Shown here: in pieces, positions 1-9,213 of the stretch
Numbering within the stretch: the first letter of the stretch is position 1
Layout of the letters: the number at the start of each line of letters is the position of its first letter
Virus record (IMG/VR): IMGVR_UViG_3300042090_002485
Span: 123,863 to 187,862 of that record
DNA length: 64,000 nt
From: a virus
Direction: 5' to 3' (one strand)
Translations under genes and position numbers: made by a program
Notes under the pieces: generated by a model
The model's database searches: none
What the model was told of the DNA's origin: nothing
The model's input: only the letters and a program-made list of their open reading frames with translations

Positions 1-246
1 TGTCGTGGATGCGTACACTCGGTGCGATGCATCGCCGAGTTGTTGTCGACGGCCGAGAAGTGCTTCGCGCAAGGGCCGCCGCACGTGATCGAGGAACACC
101 CCGTCGTAGGGCTACGACTCGTACGCCCCGGGAAGGCGAGCGTCGCTGCGGCCCCTGTGAAGATCCGCGGTGACACGGTCACGGTTACCTGCCTCCACCC
201 CGTGGGCACCTACACCATCGACGTCGGAGACATCCACTCGTCATGA
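1..246 (+). CDS. hypothetical protein, 5' end outside window
   Basis: frame open from base 1 (CRGCVHSVRCIAELL...), stop overlaps next ATG (ATGA). Confidence 0.5.
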   Translation, partial: CRGCVHSVRCIAELLSTAEKCFAQGPPHVIEEHPVVGLRLVRPGKASVAAAPVKIRGDTVTVTCLHPVGTYTIDVGDIHSS

Positions 247-695
247 ACAAGCTCGGTTGGCTCATCCAAGAAGCCCTCGCTGCCCGCGTCCAGGACGTCG
301 AGGCGTCGGCCGTCAACTGCGGCACCTGTCCGGTCAGCGTTCACTGCATGGCCAAGGCCACGGTGACGCAGGCGTGGGAGTACGCCTGCTGCAAGTCGCT
401 CGTGCTCGAGCACGAGACCCTCGACGGCATGGGCATCTTCCTCATCCTCGACTGCGCGCGGCGCGACTTCGTGGTGCAGGCTACCCGCAAGCACCACAAG
501 TGCACACTATGCTCGAGCGGCGCGCTCAATAGCGAACTGCGCGGCTGGACCGCCCAGCACCGCTGGCTGCCGACGGTCTACGCCGACCCATTACCACGAA
601 TACGTCTCGCGGCGTGGCGCACTGCTCTGCCGTCCATTCGCGAACGCATCAAGCGTGACGCGGAGATCAAAGCTCGTGGTAGCGTGAAACCGTGA
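243..695 (+). CDS. Cys-rich hypothetical phage protein
   Basis: 150 aa, CGTCPVSVHC and CTLC motifs, coupled to both neighbours. Confidence 0.7.
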   Translation: MNKLGWLIQEALAARVQDVEASAVNCGTCPVSVHCMAKATVTQAWEYACCKSLVLEHETLDGMGIFLILDCARRDFVVQATRKHHKCTLCSSGALNSELRGWTAQHRWLPTVYADPLPRIRLAAWRTALPSIRERIKRDAEIKARGSVKP

Positions 696-946
696 CCTAC
701 CTCGAGTGGTACGTGGAACAGCTGAACGCGCAGCTCGAGGTCGGCGGTACTGAAGCTGAAGTCGAGCACGCGGTCACCGAGTTCAACAAACCCACGCGCG
801 GTGGCTTCGAGAAGTACGCCGCCGACAAGGCCTTCAACTGTGCGACCTGTGGCGACCTCCTCATCGCCGCTAGTCCCCTTCCCCCTCTAGACCAGGAGAT
901 CGCGTGCCCGAAGTGCGCACCACTGACGACGGCCAAGTCGTCGTGA
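692..946 (+). CDS. small Zn-ribbon protein
   Basis: CATC...CPKC pair, GTGA overlap. Confidence 0.7.
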   Translation: MTYLEWYVEQLNAQLEVGGTEAEVEHAVTEFNKPTRGGFEKYAADKAFNCATCGDLLIAASPLPPLDQEIACPKCAPLTTAKSS

Positions 947-1098
947 AGACCAAGTCCAACGTTCTGCCGTTCCCGTCTCTGCAGCGCGCGCCCGCCGACG
1001 CGCCGCCCCCGCTGCCATTCGTCTTCGCCCTCATCGGCGTCGCGAGCGTCGTCGCCGGCGCATTGCTGGCGTGGTTGATGGTTCGAGCCTGGCTGTAG
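943..1098 (+). CDS. small membrane protein
   Basis: GTGA overlap; hydrophobic FVFALIGVASVVAGALLAWLMV. Confidence 0.55.
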   Translation: MKTKSNVLPFPSLQRAPADAPPPLPFVFALIGVASVVAGALLAWLMVRAWL

Positions 1099-1103
1099 CT
1101 GCC

Positions 1104-1859
1104 ATGGGCGGACTCCAGGTCAACGTCCACGTCGACGCGCGCGCCGCAATCACCGCGGGCAAGACACGCGTGGGTTCGCAGGGCTTCACCGTGTCCGAGG
1201 AGGAACTCGCGGTGCTGCCTCTTGCGGAGCGCCTCGAGCTGGCCCTGGCTTACGAGGCTAACGAGGTGATCGGGACGACACCCGGAGAACCCGTCATCGT
1301 CGAGCCGACGCTCGAAGCTGTCAAGCCCGTCTTGGCTCGCCGTGCAGCGAAGCGCGCCGAGGTCGAGGCCGAGCGCGCCCGCGTGGAGGTCCGCCAGAAG
1401 GAAGAAGCGGCCGTGACCGCCCGGACAGCGACCGACCGCAACAACGCTCGCTCTCGCGCGCTGCGTGCGTGGGTCGACAAGCATGGTGACGACAACCAGA
1501 AGGCTCGGATGGCCGAGGGCTTCCTTCCCGAGGCGGAGATCCTCGAAGACGTCTGCGACGAGCTGCTCGAGCTGACGGGTTTCTCCGCCTACGACCCGCT
1601 CAATCGTGGCCACGCATGCGAGTGCGCGTGCGCCGGCGACGTTGTGATGTCCGTGCGAGCGCCGCAGTACCTCGACGACCGCCAGTTCTCTCGACTCCAG
1701 GCCGCGCGCGAGGATGCCCCCGAGGGCGCCGTCGTGACGGTGCATGAACACAAGGCTGCCTGCCCGAGCTGCCCCTGCGTACCCATCGCGCGCCTCGAAG
1801 TGCGCCTGACGATGGAATGGCACGGCTTCGAGCTGGTGCGGCAATACAAGCTGGACTAG
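1104..1859 (+). CDS. hypothetical phage protein
   Basis: 251 aa, GC3-rich codon usage, CECAC and CPSCPC motifs. Confidence 0.75.
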   Translation: MGGLQVNVHVDARAAITAGKTRVGSQGFTVSEEELAVLPLAERLELALAYEANEVIGTTPGEPVIVEPTLEAVKPVLARRAAKRAEVEAERARVEVRQKEEAAVTARTATDRNNARSRALRAWVDKHGDDNQKARMAEGFLPEAEILEDVCDELLELTGFSAYDPLNRGHACECACAGDVVMSVRAPQYLDDRQFSRLQAAREDAPEGAVVTVHEHKAACPSCPCVPIARLEVRLTMEWHGFELVRQYKLD

Positions 1860-1884
1860 CGCCAGCACAAAGAAAGGCTCGGCA

Positions 1885-2385
1885 TTGCCGAAGCAACCAT
1901 GGACCGTCATCGCCACGTACGACGAGGACGGTACGCAGTTCTATGCCGTGGTCGAGGCCAGAGGCGCTGCTGAAGCGCTTCGCCAGGCCAAGCTCAAAGC
2001 GGACGGTATCGTCCTCTGGAGCGCGGCGGCGATCTTTGAGGGCAAAGTCAAGCCTGTCGACCTGAGCAACATCGCTGATGTCGTGCCGCTACGCGGGCAC
2101 GGCCACGAAATCGAGGTGACGCTCATCCGTGTTGCCCGTCGCAGAGTGGTGATCCCGGCGCGTTGTCCCAAGTGCAGGCGCGACTTGTCGCGAGCGCGCT
2201 CGATGATCGAGACCTACTTCACCGAGAACAGCTGGGCGGTGCACCTTGCGCACGACGGTAAGTCCGTCGAACACGACCGCGATGGCGGCACGCGCGGCGC
2301 AGCAAGCCCGGCGCACGAGCTGGTTCAGTTGGCGTGCAGCAGCTGCAGCAAGCTCATCTGGGAGGGCAAGCATGTCGAAGCGTAA
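1885..2385 (+). CDS. hypothetical protein with Zn-ribbon
   Basis: CPKC...CSSC; start uncertain. Confidence 0.65.
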   Translation: MPKQPWTVIATYDEDGTQFYAVVEARGAAEALRQAKLKADGIVLWSAAAIFEGKVKPVDLSNIADVVPLRGHGHEIEVTLIRVARRRVVIPARCPKCRRDLSRARSMIETYFTENSWAVHLAHDGKSVEHDRDGGTRGAASPAHELVQLACSSCSKLIWEGKHVEA

Positions 2386-3151
2386 GCTCCAGGTCATCCG
2401 CGACGCGACGCCCGAGGTCGCTGACGATGACATCCCGGACATGTTGTTCCTGTCGAACAACGACAAGACCGGCATCTCCATCAACGCGTCCATCGCCCGG
2501 TCGTGCCGACCAACGCCGGCGTGTGGCGTCTACTGCTACGGCCTGGACGGCCGCATCGCGATGCCGGCGGCCCTCAAGCGCCAGGCCGAGAACTCGGCGA
2601 TGTTCGGGATGGACCCCGAGAGCTGGGGCACGCTCGCGGACGAGGCGACCGACGTGTGCCACGTCGTGTCGCGCCAGCAGGACTTTCTGCGCATGTTCGG
2701 TGTGGGTGACCTGCAGTCGGGCTCCGTCTACTTCATCAACCAGCTGTCGCTCTACGCCAAGCACGCCAAGCCCAAGTTCCGCATCTGGGTGTCGACACGC
2801 AAGTTCGACTTGGCGGCGAACCTCGTCGACCACGACAACCTGCACGTCATGCTCAGCTTCGACTCGAGTACGCCCGCCCGGTGGCGGACCGAAGGGCTGA
2901 AGCTACTGGCACAGCGCCGCCCGCAGTTCTTCGCGGCGTGGGTGCGGCAGGAGAAGGGCGAGCGCGTGCCCCCGTGGGTCGACGTCGTGTTCGAGATGCA
3001 CCGGCACGGGCACGGCCGCGCGAACCGTCCAGCGCACGCCAAGGCCTGCCCGGCGACCATCCACAAGAACCAACCGGGCTCGGTGGAGTTGACCGGCGCG
3101 TGCGCGAAGTGCAGGTTCTGCTTCGACACGAAGAAGCGAGGTCGCACATGA
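2372..3151 (+). CDS. GP88-like (radical-SAM-related) phage protein
   Basis: SCRPTPACGVYCYG Cys triad followed by FLRMFGVGD, resembling the GP88 C-x5-C-x3-CY...R-x-H-x-x-GD pattern (recalled, not searched). Confidence 0.6.
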   Translation: MSKRKLQVIRDATPEVADDDIPDMLFLSNNDKTGISINASIARSCRPTPACGVYCYGLDGRIAMPAALKRQAENSAMFGMDPESWGTLADEATDVCHVVSRQQDFLRMFGVGDLQSGSVYFINQLSLYAKHAKPKFRIWVSTRKFDLAANLVDHDNLHVMLSFDSSTPARWRTEGLKLLAQRRPQFFAAWVRQEKGERVPPWVDVVFEMHRHGHGRANRPAHAKACPATIHKNQPGSVELTGACAKCRFCFDTKKRGRT

Positions 3152-3459
3152 AGATCAAGGTCTACAACCCCGTCGACGAGGTCGACAAGAAGCGGCCGCT
3201 GCTCGAGCACGACGACTTGAACGAGCTGCTCCGCGTGCGGCTCACGGTCAACGACGAGGTGTTCGAGTTGACCGGGGGCGGGGGCCTGCTGGCGCTGCGC
3301 TCGATCAGCGGCAAGCAGCTGGTCGTGCGCCCGCGCGCGTCGAACATGATCGAGTTCGATGTCGTGCCGTGGCAGACCGAGTCGTCGCTGCCGGAGTACG
3401 GCAGCCGGAAGCGCACGCCGAGCCGCGCGCCGCGCGCGAAACGACGCAGCCGTGACTAG
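3148..3459 (+). CDS. hypothetical protein
   Basis: ATGA overlap, 103 aa. Confidence 0.65.
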   Translation: MKIKVYNPVDEVDKKRPLLEHDDLNELLRVRLTVNDEVFELTGGGGLLALRSISGKQLVVRPRASNMIEFDVVPWQTESSLPEYGSRKRTPSRAPRAKRRSRD

Positions 3460-3904
3460 GTTCCGGCGGCAAACGCGCGACAGCATCATCCCCGGCAACT
3501 TCCTGCCGCCCTACACCATCGACCGCATCATCATGCGCGTTACCGGCGTTGGCCACGGCGCGGCGCGCATCGAGGGCGCCTGTGCCATCACGACGTGCTG
3601 CGGCGGGTGCTTCAACCTGCCCAACCCGGCCAACGTCCTGGCAGGCATCGCGACGTGCGTGCTGTGCGTGAACTGCCGGGGCTGCCCGGCGTGTCGCGAG
3701 GGCTGGGTGCGTGAGGAGACGATGCGGCTCGGCAAGTGGGTGACCAAGGACGGGCGCATGCTCTACCCATTCGAGATGGACAGCGTCCACCTGACCAACT
3801 CGATCAGGAAGCTCAAGCGCGACAAGACGCACTTCAAGCAGGCCTGGGAGACGTGGGTCGAGATCCTCGAAGCCGAGGCCAAACAACGTGCCCTGGATTG
3901 GTAA
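3452..3904 (+). CDS. TCxxC-family module fused to a C-terminal domain
   Basis: GVGH...CCGGC...ATCVLC then about 80 further aa. Confidence 0.6.
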   Translation: MTRFRRQTRDSIIPGNFLPPYTIDRIIMRVTGVGHGAARIEGACAITTCCGGCFNLPNPANVLAGIATCVLCVNCRGCPACREGWVREETMRLGKWVTKDGRMLYPFEMDSVHLTNSIRKLKRDKTHFKQAWETWVEILEAEAKQRALDW

Positions 3905-3912
3905 AAGAACAG

Positions 3913-4326
3913 GTGAAGACATCATCCAAACTCAAGCCGCTCGAGCCTGTTGACCACGCGCGCTGCCAAGCCGACATCAAGTCAGCGTACAACCCCTTCA
4001 TCTTCGGCGGAGACGTCGGTGGGAAGTGGGGCCGCTGCAAGAACAAGCCGATCTGGTACGCCCGTGAGGTCGAGGTCGACGCTAATGGGCGCCGAGGCGC
4101 GATGTCACTCTGCGACGAGTGCAAGGTCGAGTGCGAGAAACGCGTGAAGCGGGCCATATCGTTCGAGCCGCTCGTCGACTGGAACGACAAGTTCCACCAG
4201 CTCTACGAGAACCCGAATTGCGTGCCGCGCGAGGAGGTCGCGCGAGTGCTGCAGGACGCTGGCGCCAACGCGGAGACGGCCGCGGCGTTCGAGCAGCTCA
4301 TCTTGGGCCACTGGCCGCGCCGGTGA
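3913..4326 (+). CDS. hypothetical protein
   Basis: 137 aa, GTG start, coupled to next gene. Confidence 0.65.
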   Translation: MKTSSKLKPLEPVDHARCQADIKSAYNPFIFGGDVGGKWGRCKNKPIWYAREVEVDANGRRGAMSLCDECKVECEKRVKRAISFEPLVDWNDKFHQLYENPNCVPREEVARVLQDAGANAETAAAFEQLILGHWPRR

Positions 4327-4514
4327 CGCTGTCGTACTACGCGAAGGGGCCTCTCGTCCATGTCATGTATCGCGGCAACCAGGACCTGGTCTACCACTGG
4401 CCGCCCCATCACGAATACCGGTCCCTATGGATGGCGTCCCGTATCGAGGACCAGCCGATCACCTGCGTCGAATGCCTGGCATTTGTTTGCGCACCGCCCA
4501 CGTTGGTGCGATAA
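4323..4514 (+). CDS. TCxxC-family small Zn-finger-like protein
   Basis: GPLVH...ITCVECL; GTGA overlap. Confidence 0.7.
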   Translation: MTLSYYAKGPLVHVMYRGNQDLVYHWPPHHEYRSLWMASRIEDQPITCVECLAFVCAPPTLVR

Positions 4515-4523
4515 ACATGGCCC

Positions 4524-4910
4524 ATGCACATCAACGAGTACCAGGTCCTCGCCGCCGTCACCGAGTTCACCCCCGACTTCGTCCGCCTAGGGCAGGGCCC
4601 CGAGCACGACATGATGGTCGCGCGCCTCCTGCACTCGACCTTGGGCATGATGACTGAGGTCGGCGAGTTCGCCGACATGCTGAAGCGGCACATCTTCTAC
4701 GGCAAGGCCCTCGACGAGGTCAACCTGCTGGAGGAAAACGGCGATCTGGCTTGGTACCAAGCACTGGCCCTGAACGCGACGAAAAAGAACCTCGAGGAGT
4801 GCCTCGAGAAGAACATCGCCAAGCTCAAGGCCCGGTTCGGCGACAAGTTCACGCAGCACGCGGCGCTCAACCGCGACCTGGCCAAGGAGCGGGCTGAACT
4901 GGAGAAGTGA
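4524..4910 (+). CDS. mazG: MazG-like nucleotide pyrophosphohydrolase
   Basis: LGMMTEVGEFADMLKRHIFYG...EENGDLAWY...NIAKLKARF: typical phage MazG ExxE/ExxD signature. Confidence 0.9.
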   Translation: MHINEYQVLAAVTEFTPDFVRLGQGPEHDMMVARLLHSTLGMMTEVGEFADMLKRHIFYGKALDEVNLLEENGDLAWYQALALNATKKNLEECLEKNIAKLKARFGDKFTQHAALNRDLAKERAELEK

Positions 4911-4911
4911 C

Positions 4912-5190
4912 ATGAAGATCGAGGTGGACGGCGTCGAGCTGACAATTACGCGGACCGCGTCCATGCTTCGCGTAGCGCGCGTCGTTGGAAGAGACCGCAA
5001 GGCGAAGAAGGACATCATAAACCACGTGGACGTCGTTGACGACGGCTTCTTGCTGCTCCGTGCCATGCGCCGTGTCGCCAAGTGGACGCCCGAGGGCTGT
5101 ACGTGTACGTATGGCTACGGCTGGAGCGACCACGACGCCCACTGCAAGAGCATCTACAAGGCCCAGGAGTACGTCGACTTCGACGACTAA
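4912..5190 (+). CDS. hypothetical protein
   Basis: 92 aa, 1 nt after mazG stop. Confidence 0.65.
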   Translation: MKIEVDGVELTITRTASMLRVARVVGRDRKAKKDIINHVDVVDDGFLLLRAMRRVAKWTPEGCTCTYGYGWSDHDAHCKSIYKAQEYVDFDD

Positions 5191-5199
5191 CATTGGAGG

Positions 5200-5370
5200 A
5201 TGAAGTTGCTGCGCGAGCACTGGGGAGCCATCGTCATCATCGCGGCAATCGTTCTGGGAGCAGTCGGACAATGCGGGCAAGAGCTAAAACCGTACCGAGC
5301 GACGGACGCGTGCGGCGGACCGGGCAGCCGCCCCGTGACGATTGGTGGGATGCCCGTGGCCTGCCAGTAG
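5200..5370 (+). CDS. small membrane/lipoprotein-like protein
   Basis: GGAGG before ATG; MKLLREHWGAIVIIAAIVLGAVGQC; 56 aa (below ORF-track cutoff). Confidence 0.45.
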   Translation: MKLLREHWGAIVIIAAIVLGAVGQCGQELKPYRATDACGGPGSRPVTIGGMPVACQ

Positions 5371-5612
5371 TCGGCGACATCGTCCACTTCCACTACGAAA
5401 ACGAGCGGCGACGCGGCAACTTCGTACGCGTTGTCGAGGTCTTGACGCCCGCCAAGATCTACAAGCCACCGTGGTTCATGGTTGTCCTGATCGAGAAGCT
5501 TTGGTGGATGGCGAGTGCCTCGCGAGCGCCGCTGGGCCAGCTTCGTCCCGTCGTGTGGACACCAGAGGGCCCGCGTTGCGTCGCATGTGAGCTGATCTAC
5601 AACAAGAGGTGA
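5271..5612 (+). CDS. divergent TCxxC-family-like protein
   Basis: GDIVH...PRCVAC; start uncertain, overlaps 5200-5370. Confidence 0.45.
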   Translation: MRARAKTVPSDGRVRRTGQPPRDDWWDARGLPVVGDIVHFHYENERRRGNFVRVVEVLTPAKIYKPPWFMVVLIEKLWWMASASRAPLGQLRPVVWTPEGPRCVACELIYNKR

Positions 5613-6475
5613 CCATGTTCGGATTGTTCGGCTTCGGGATGTCCCCGGAGATGGAGAAGCGCCAGCGCGAGCGTGAACGCGCCGAACGCGCTGAGCGTAT
5701 GAAGGAGGCTGTGGCCTGGGACCCCAAGGTGAACTGGACGCCCCGGCTGACGATCAAGGCCGAGACGTGGCCGTCGTGGGACCTGTTCTCGCCGCCCCCG
5801 TCAACTTGCCACGACGTCAACGACGAGACCGACGAATCCAAGCTCGTGTTCTCCCCATGCGGTCGGTTCGTGTTCTACCGCAAGACCCTCAAGAAGGGAG
5901 GCAAGCTGCTTACGCTGTCCGGGTCGCGTGAAGGCAACGTGATGTTCGACGGCGACGTGTACATCCCGGCGCTGCACGAGAAGACCCGCAACGGTGAGCG
6001 CTGGCACGAGCACCCATGGATGAGCGTCACGCCGATGGAGCTGATGACACAGCGTCCAGGTGTACGCTTCGCTAAGGGCCACACCATCGTCGGCGGTCTC
6101 GGCATGGGGTGGGCACTCGTCCAGATCTTGCTCAAGAAGACGGTGACGCGGGTGACGCTCGTGGAGCGGTCGCAAGCGCTCGTCGACTGGTTGCTACCGC
6201 GCGTGAAGCAGCTGCACCTTTCGGCGTTCGACAAGCAGCTCGACATCGTCGTCGGCGATGCCTACGAAGTCATCCCGGCAATGACCGCCGATGTCGCGGT
6301 GATCGACATCTTCGACGGCTACGGCGGCAATGACTTCCTCGAGGGCGTCATGAACCGGATGCGCAACGCGCTGCCGTCAGGGCAGCGCTGGAAGACGGAG
6401 CTTGGACCGCCGTGTCCGAACATCGGACGCGTATGGTCGTGGGGGAAAGCAGAGGTCAGCGACGGCGGCTGGTGA
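5609..6475 (+). CDS. class I SAM-dependent methyltransferase (spermidine-synthase-like fold)
   Basis: TIVGGLGMG motif I, VTLVE motif II, VVGDA, VIDIF. Confidence 0.8.
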   Translation: MTMFGLFGFGMSPEMEKRQRERERAERAERMKEAVAWDPKVNWTPRLTIKAETWPSWDLFSPPPSTCHDVNDETDESKLVFSPCGRFVFYRKTLKKGGKLLTLSGSREGNVMFDGDVYIPALHEKTRNGERWHEHPWMSVTPMELMTQRPGVRFAKGHTIVGGLGMGWALVQILLKKTVTRVTLVERSQALVDWLLPRVKQLHLSAFDKQLDIVVGDAYEVIPAMTADVAVIDIFDGYGGNDFLEGVMNRMRNALPSGQRWKTELGPPCPNIGRVWSWGKAEVSDGGW

Positions 6476-6699
6476 TGCTGTTCGCTGTCGTCCGCTGGAA
6501 CAACGTCGTCCACGCTGCCATCGGCCTCAACGGTACGTGGGTTGAGGGCCGCGCGGTCGCTCACTGCGGTCAGAAGATGAAGCTGTACCGCGGCAGCAAG
6601 AACAAGGTAACGAAGCAACCCGTGACGTGCGTGCTGTGCGTCGCGAAGGAGATCGCCTGTGAACAAACGGAACCGAACCAGCAACAAGGCCCTGCGTGA
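6475..6699 (+). CDS. TCxxC-family small Zn-finger-like protein
   Basis: NNVVH...HCG...VTCVLCVA; TGATG overlap. Confidence 0.8.
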   Translation: MLFAVVRWNNVVHAAIGLNGTWVEGRAVAHCGQKMKLYRGSKNKVTKQPVTCVLCVAKEIACEQTEPNQQQGPA

Positions 6700-6997
6700 C
6701 GCCATCGCCAAGACCGTCGGTGCGCGCGTCGCCCACGTCCTGGGCATCATGCGCGTCCAGGGCTGGAAGTTCCCGAACAGCTGTGACGTCGGCGTCAGCA
6801 TTCTCGAAGATGGCCGACGAACCGCGCGCGTCGCCATGCGCATCGACGACGTGAGCACGCACGCGACGCTGGCTACCAGCACGCTGGGCGGCGGCGACGT
6901 CGACGAGGCGGTCGACAACGTGGTCGCGTTGTGGCTCAAGAAGCACGCGACGGTGCGGCCGGGTACGCGGCAGCGGCAGGTCCTGGTGCCGGCGTGA
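6659..6997 (+). CDS. hypothetical protein
   Basis: 112 aa, coupled to next gene. Confidence 0.6.
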   Translation: MNKRNRTSNKALRDAIAKTVGARVAHVLGIMRVQGWKFPNSCDVGVSILEDGRRTARVAMRIDDVSTHATLATSTLGGGDVDEAVDNVVALWLKKHATVRPGTRQRQVLVPA

Positions 6998-7293
6998 CCA
7001 ACGCCGCCGACACATCGATGTACGGGCGTAGTGGTCGCCGAATGTCGACCGACCCACTCATCAGCTTGTTCTACTCGCTGCTACGCGATCACATCCAGCC
7101 CAGCGACCTCGAGGCGCTCGTGCGCGAGGCTTGCGACGCCCGCGGCGCACTCACGCACTTCACGAACGGCTGGCTCGCGGACTACGCCGAGGACCTAGCG
7201 TTGCGCCTTCGCCAAGCGCACCGCGGTAGCGTCGAAAAGGCCTCCAAGGAGGACGTTGTTGCCGAAGCGACTTCCCCATTGCCGTCTCGGTGA
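6994..7293 (+). CDS. hypothetical protein
   Basis: LFYSLLRDHIQP...FTNGWLADYA; true start may be ATG 7042. Confidence 0.6.
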   Translation: MTNAADTSMYGRSGRRMSTDPLISLFYSLLRDHIQPSDLEALVREACDARGALTHFTNGWLADYAEDLALRLRQAHRGSVEKASKEDVVAEATSPLPSR

Positions 7294-7495
7294 ACACGAC
7301 TACCACCCGCTGCGCGGCGGCAAGTTCGAACGCTGCACCAAGTGCAGCGACGTCTTCCCGTGCCGGCACGAGTGCTGGCACGCTGACTGCGCCTACGTGA
7401 AGGGCGTGCCCGTGCACCCAAAGACTGCGCCGTTCATCGGCAAGTTCGTCGACTTCTCGCGCGAGGGGCTCGTGCCCTGGAAGGACCGAAAGTGA
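7256..7495 (+). CDS. small Cys/His-rich protein
   Basis: CTKC...CRHECWHADC. Confidence 0.55.
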   Translation: MLPKRLPHCRLGEHDYHPLRGGKFERCTKCSDVFPCRHECWHADCAYVKGVPVHPKTAPFIGKFVDFSREGLVPWKDRK

Positions 7496-7725
7496 ACAAC
7501 AAGAAGAAATCCCCGACGCCCGGCGCCCCGCTGTCGCCGCGCGAGCGACAGGTTCTCGATCTCGTCGTCGAGGGGTTGTCGAACAAGCTGATCGCAGATC
7601 GTCTGGGAATCAGCGAACACACGGCGAAGTTCTTCCTGCTTCGCGGGATGGCCAAGCTAAACGCGATCGGCAGCCGCACGCTCGCGGCCGTACGGTGGGA
7701 CCGCCAGTGCCGCGCCCTGGTGTGA
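7492..7725 (+). CDS. LuxR/GerE-type HTH transcriptional regulator
   Basis: LSPRERQVLDLVVEGLSNKLIADRLGISEHTAK...KL. Confidence 0.9.
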   Translation: MNNKKKSPTPGAPLSPRERQVLDLVVEGLSNKLIADRLGISEHTAKFFLLRGMAKLNAIGSRTLAAVRWDRQCRALV

Positions 7726-8195
7726 CGCTCGCTGACCTGCACGAACTTGCGATCGCATGGTGCCCGTTGGAAGCTCGTCGTGAAGACCTGCTTCGTATCG
7801 AGCGCGATTGGGCGCCCGCCCATGAACTAGCCCATGCGCTGATCGAACCACGGTGGCGCTGGGAGCGTGGCTACTACGCGCGCTGCTCGCTCGGGTTCTG
7901 TGAGTGCGGCGGGCATCGCGACGAATGCACCGTGTACGAAGCAGCCGCGATGATGATCTCGCATCGGCTCGTCCAAGCGGCAGGCGCGCCCGATCTCGCG
8001 GACAAGGAGGTCCAAAACACCAACGACTACGACATGATCGATGACCACCACTGGGAGCAAGCCAAGGCACTGCTCAAGAGGAGGACGTTGTGGCCCGTGC
8101 CAAGGACGAGAAGAAGCCTCGAGCGCGCACTGAAGCGGCGCCTCAGAATACCGCGAGGCGGGCCACTACCGCCGCCCCTGAACATGAGACTCTGA
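7722..8195 (+). CDS. HExxH zinc metallopeptidase-like protein (ImmA/IrrE-like)
   Basis: AHELAHAL plus downstream YEAAA glutamate. Confidence 0.55.
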   Translation: MTLADLHELAIAWCPLEARREDLLRIERDWAPAHELAHALIEPRWRWERGYYARCSLGFCECGGHRDECTVYEAAAMMISHRLVQAAGAPDLADKEVQNTNDYDMIDDHHWEQAKALLKRRTLWPVPRTRRSLERALKRRLRIPRGGPLPPPLNMRL

Positions 8196-8851
8196 CGATT
8201 CCGTCGATCCGTCGGTGTGTCGCCATCGCTGGACCTACAGATGGCTGGCGAGGCAACTGCTATGCGGTGGCTTCGCAGCTGGTCGGAGCGAAGTTGATCC
8301 CCGGTTCAGCGGTGTACGGCCACTGGACCGGGCCGATCGCGAAGGACTCGTACTTCCACCGTCTCGGTGCCGGCGCCGGACCGTTCGTGCGGCACGGCTG
8401 GATCCTCCTGCCCGACGAACGCGTGTGCGACCCGACGCGCTGGGTGTTCGAGGACGTCGCGCCGTACCTGTACGTCGGCGAGGCCGACCACTACGATGAG
8501 GGCGGCGACAAGTTCCGCGTGGCGATGTACGGCGACCGTCCACCGCCCGCGCCGCAGGGCGAGTTGAAGCCATTCGAGCCCGAAGGCATCGCGCACGTGT
8601 GGGTCCGCAACCAGTTCCGCCCGTGGATGAAGACGCGCGAGACGCTGCTTGCCGACAACCAGGTGTTCCACCTGGCCAACATGCCGTACTCGTCGCTGAA
8701 GGAGGCGGTCGGGACCCGCGGCGTCAAGCACCTGTACGATACGATCGCGCAGCGCACGCACACGGCGATCGCGTGGATCCCGGTGGACAACACGGAGCGC
8801 GCGCGGCGTGAGTGCGGGTTCAACCCGGACCCGTACTACGAGGACAAGTAG
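8090..8851 (+). CDS. transglutaminase/papain-like Cys-His-Asp protein
   Basis: GNCY...RHGW...VCDPT; true start probably near 8192. Confidence 0.55.
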   Translation: MARAKDEKKPRARTEAAPQNTARRATTAAPEHETLTIPSIRRCVAIAGPTDGWRGNCYAVASQLVGAKLIPGSAVYGHWTGPIAKDSYFHRLGAGAGPFVRHGWILLPDERVCDPTRWVFEDVAPYLYVGEADHYDEGGDKFRVAMYGDRPPPAPQGELKPFEPEGIAHVWVRNQFRPWMKTRETLLADNQVFHLANMPYSSLKEAVGTRGVKHLYDTIAQRTHTAIAWIPVDNTERARRECGFNPDPYYEDK

Positions 8852-9043
8852 ATGGGGTACAGCTACAAGGGGCCTCCGATCAAGAAGCGTCCTAAAGTCG
8901 TAACGGTCTCGAGGCCCGGTTCGCGCAACGGCTGGTGGATGGGCAACTGCGCCAAGCACGGTCTGACCTCACATCAGACGCCGTTCGGCTGCGAGCAGTG
9001 CCAGCGTGAGCGCCTGGTGGCACAGGGGCTGGTGAAGCCGTGA
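8852..9043 (+). CDS. small Zn-binding hypothetical protein
   Basis: CAKHG...CEQC. Confidence 0.55.
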   Translation: MGYSYKGPPIKKRPKVVTVSRPGSRNGWWMGNCAKHGLTSHQTPFGCEQCQRERLVAQGLVKP

Positions 9044-9213
9044 TCGCGGCCATCGCCATTTACATCGCCTCAGCGGGCGCCGTCGCGTGGCTGGTCCACG
9101 ACCAGGCAGGCACGCCGGGACTTCGTGCTGTGGTCGCCGGGTTTACCTGGCCGACATGGCCGCTGTTGATCTTGGGCTCGTGGCTCCGCTACAAGTGGAA
9201 GCGGAGGCCCTGA
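9040..9213 (+). CDS. small membrane protein
   Basis: GTGA and TGATG overlaps; two hydrophobic segments; 57 aa. Confidence 0.55.
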   Translation: MIAAIAIYIASAGAVAWLVHDQAGTPGLRAVVAGFTWPTWPLLILGSWLRYKWKRRP

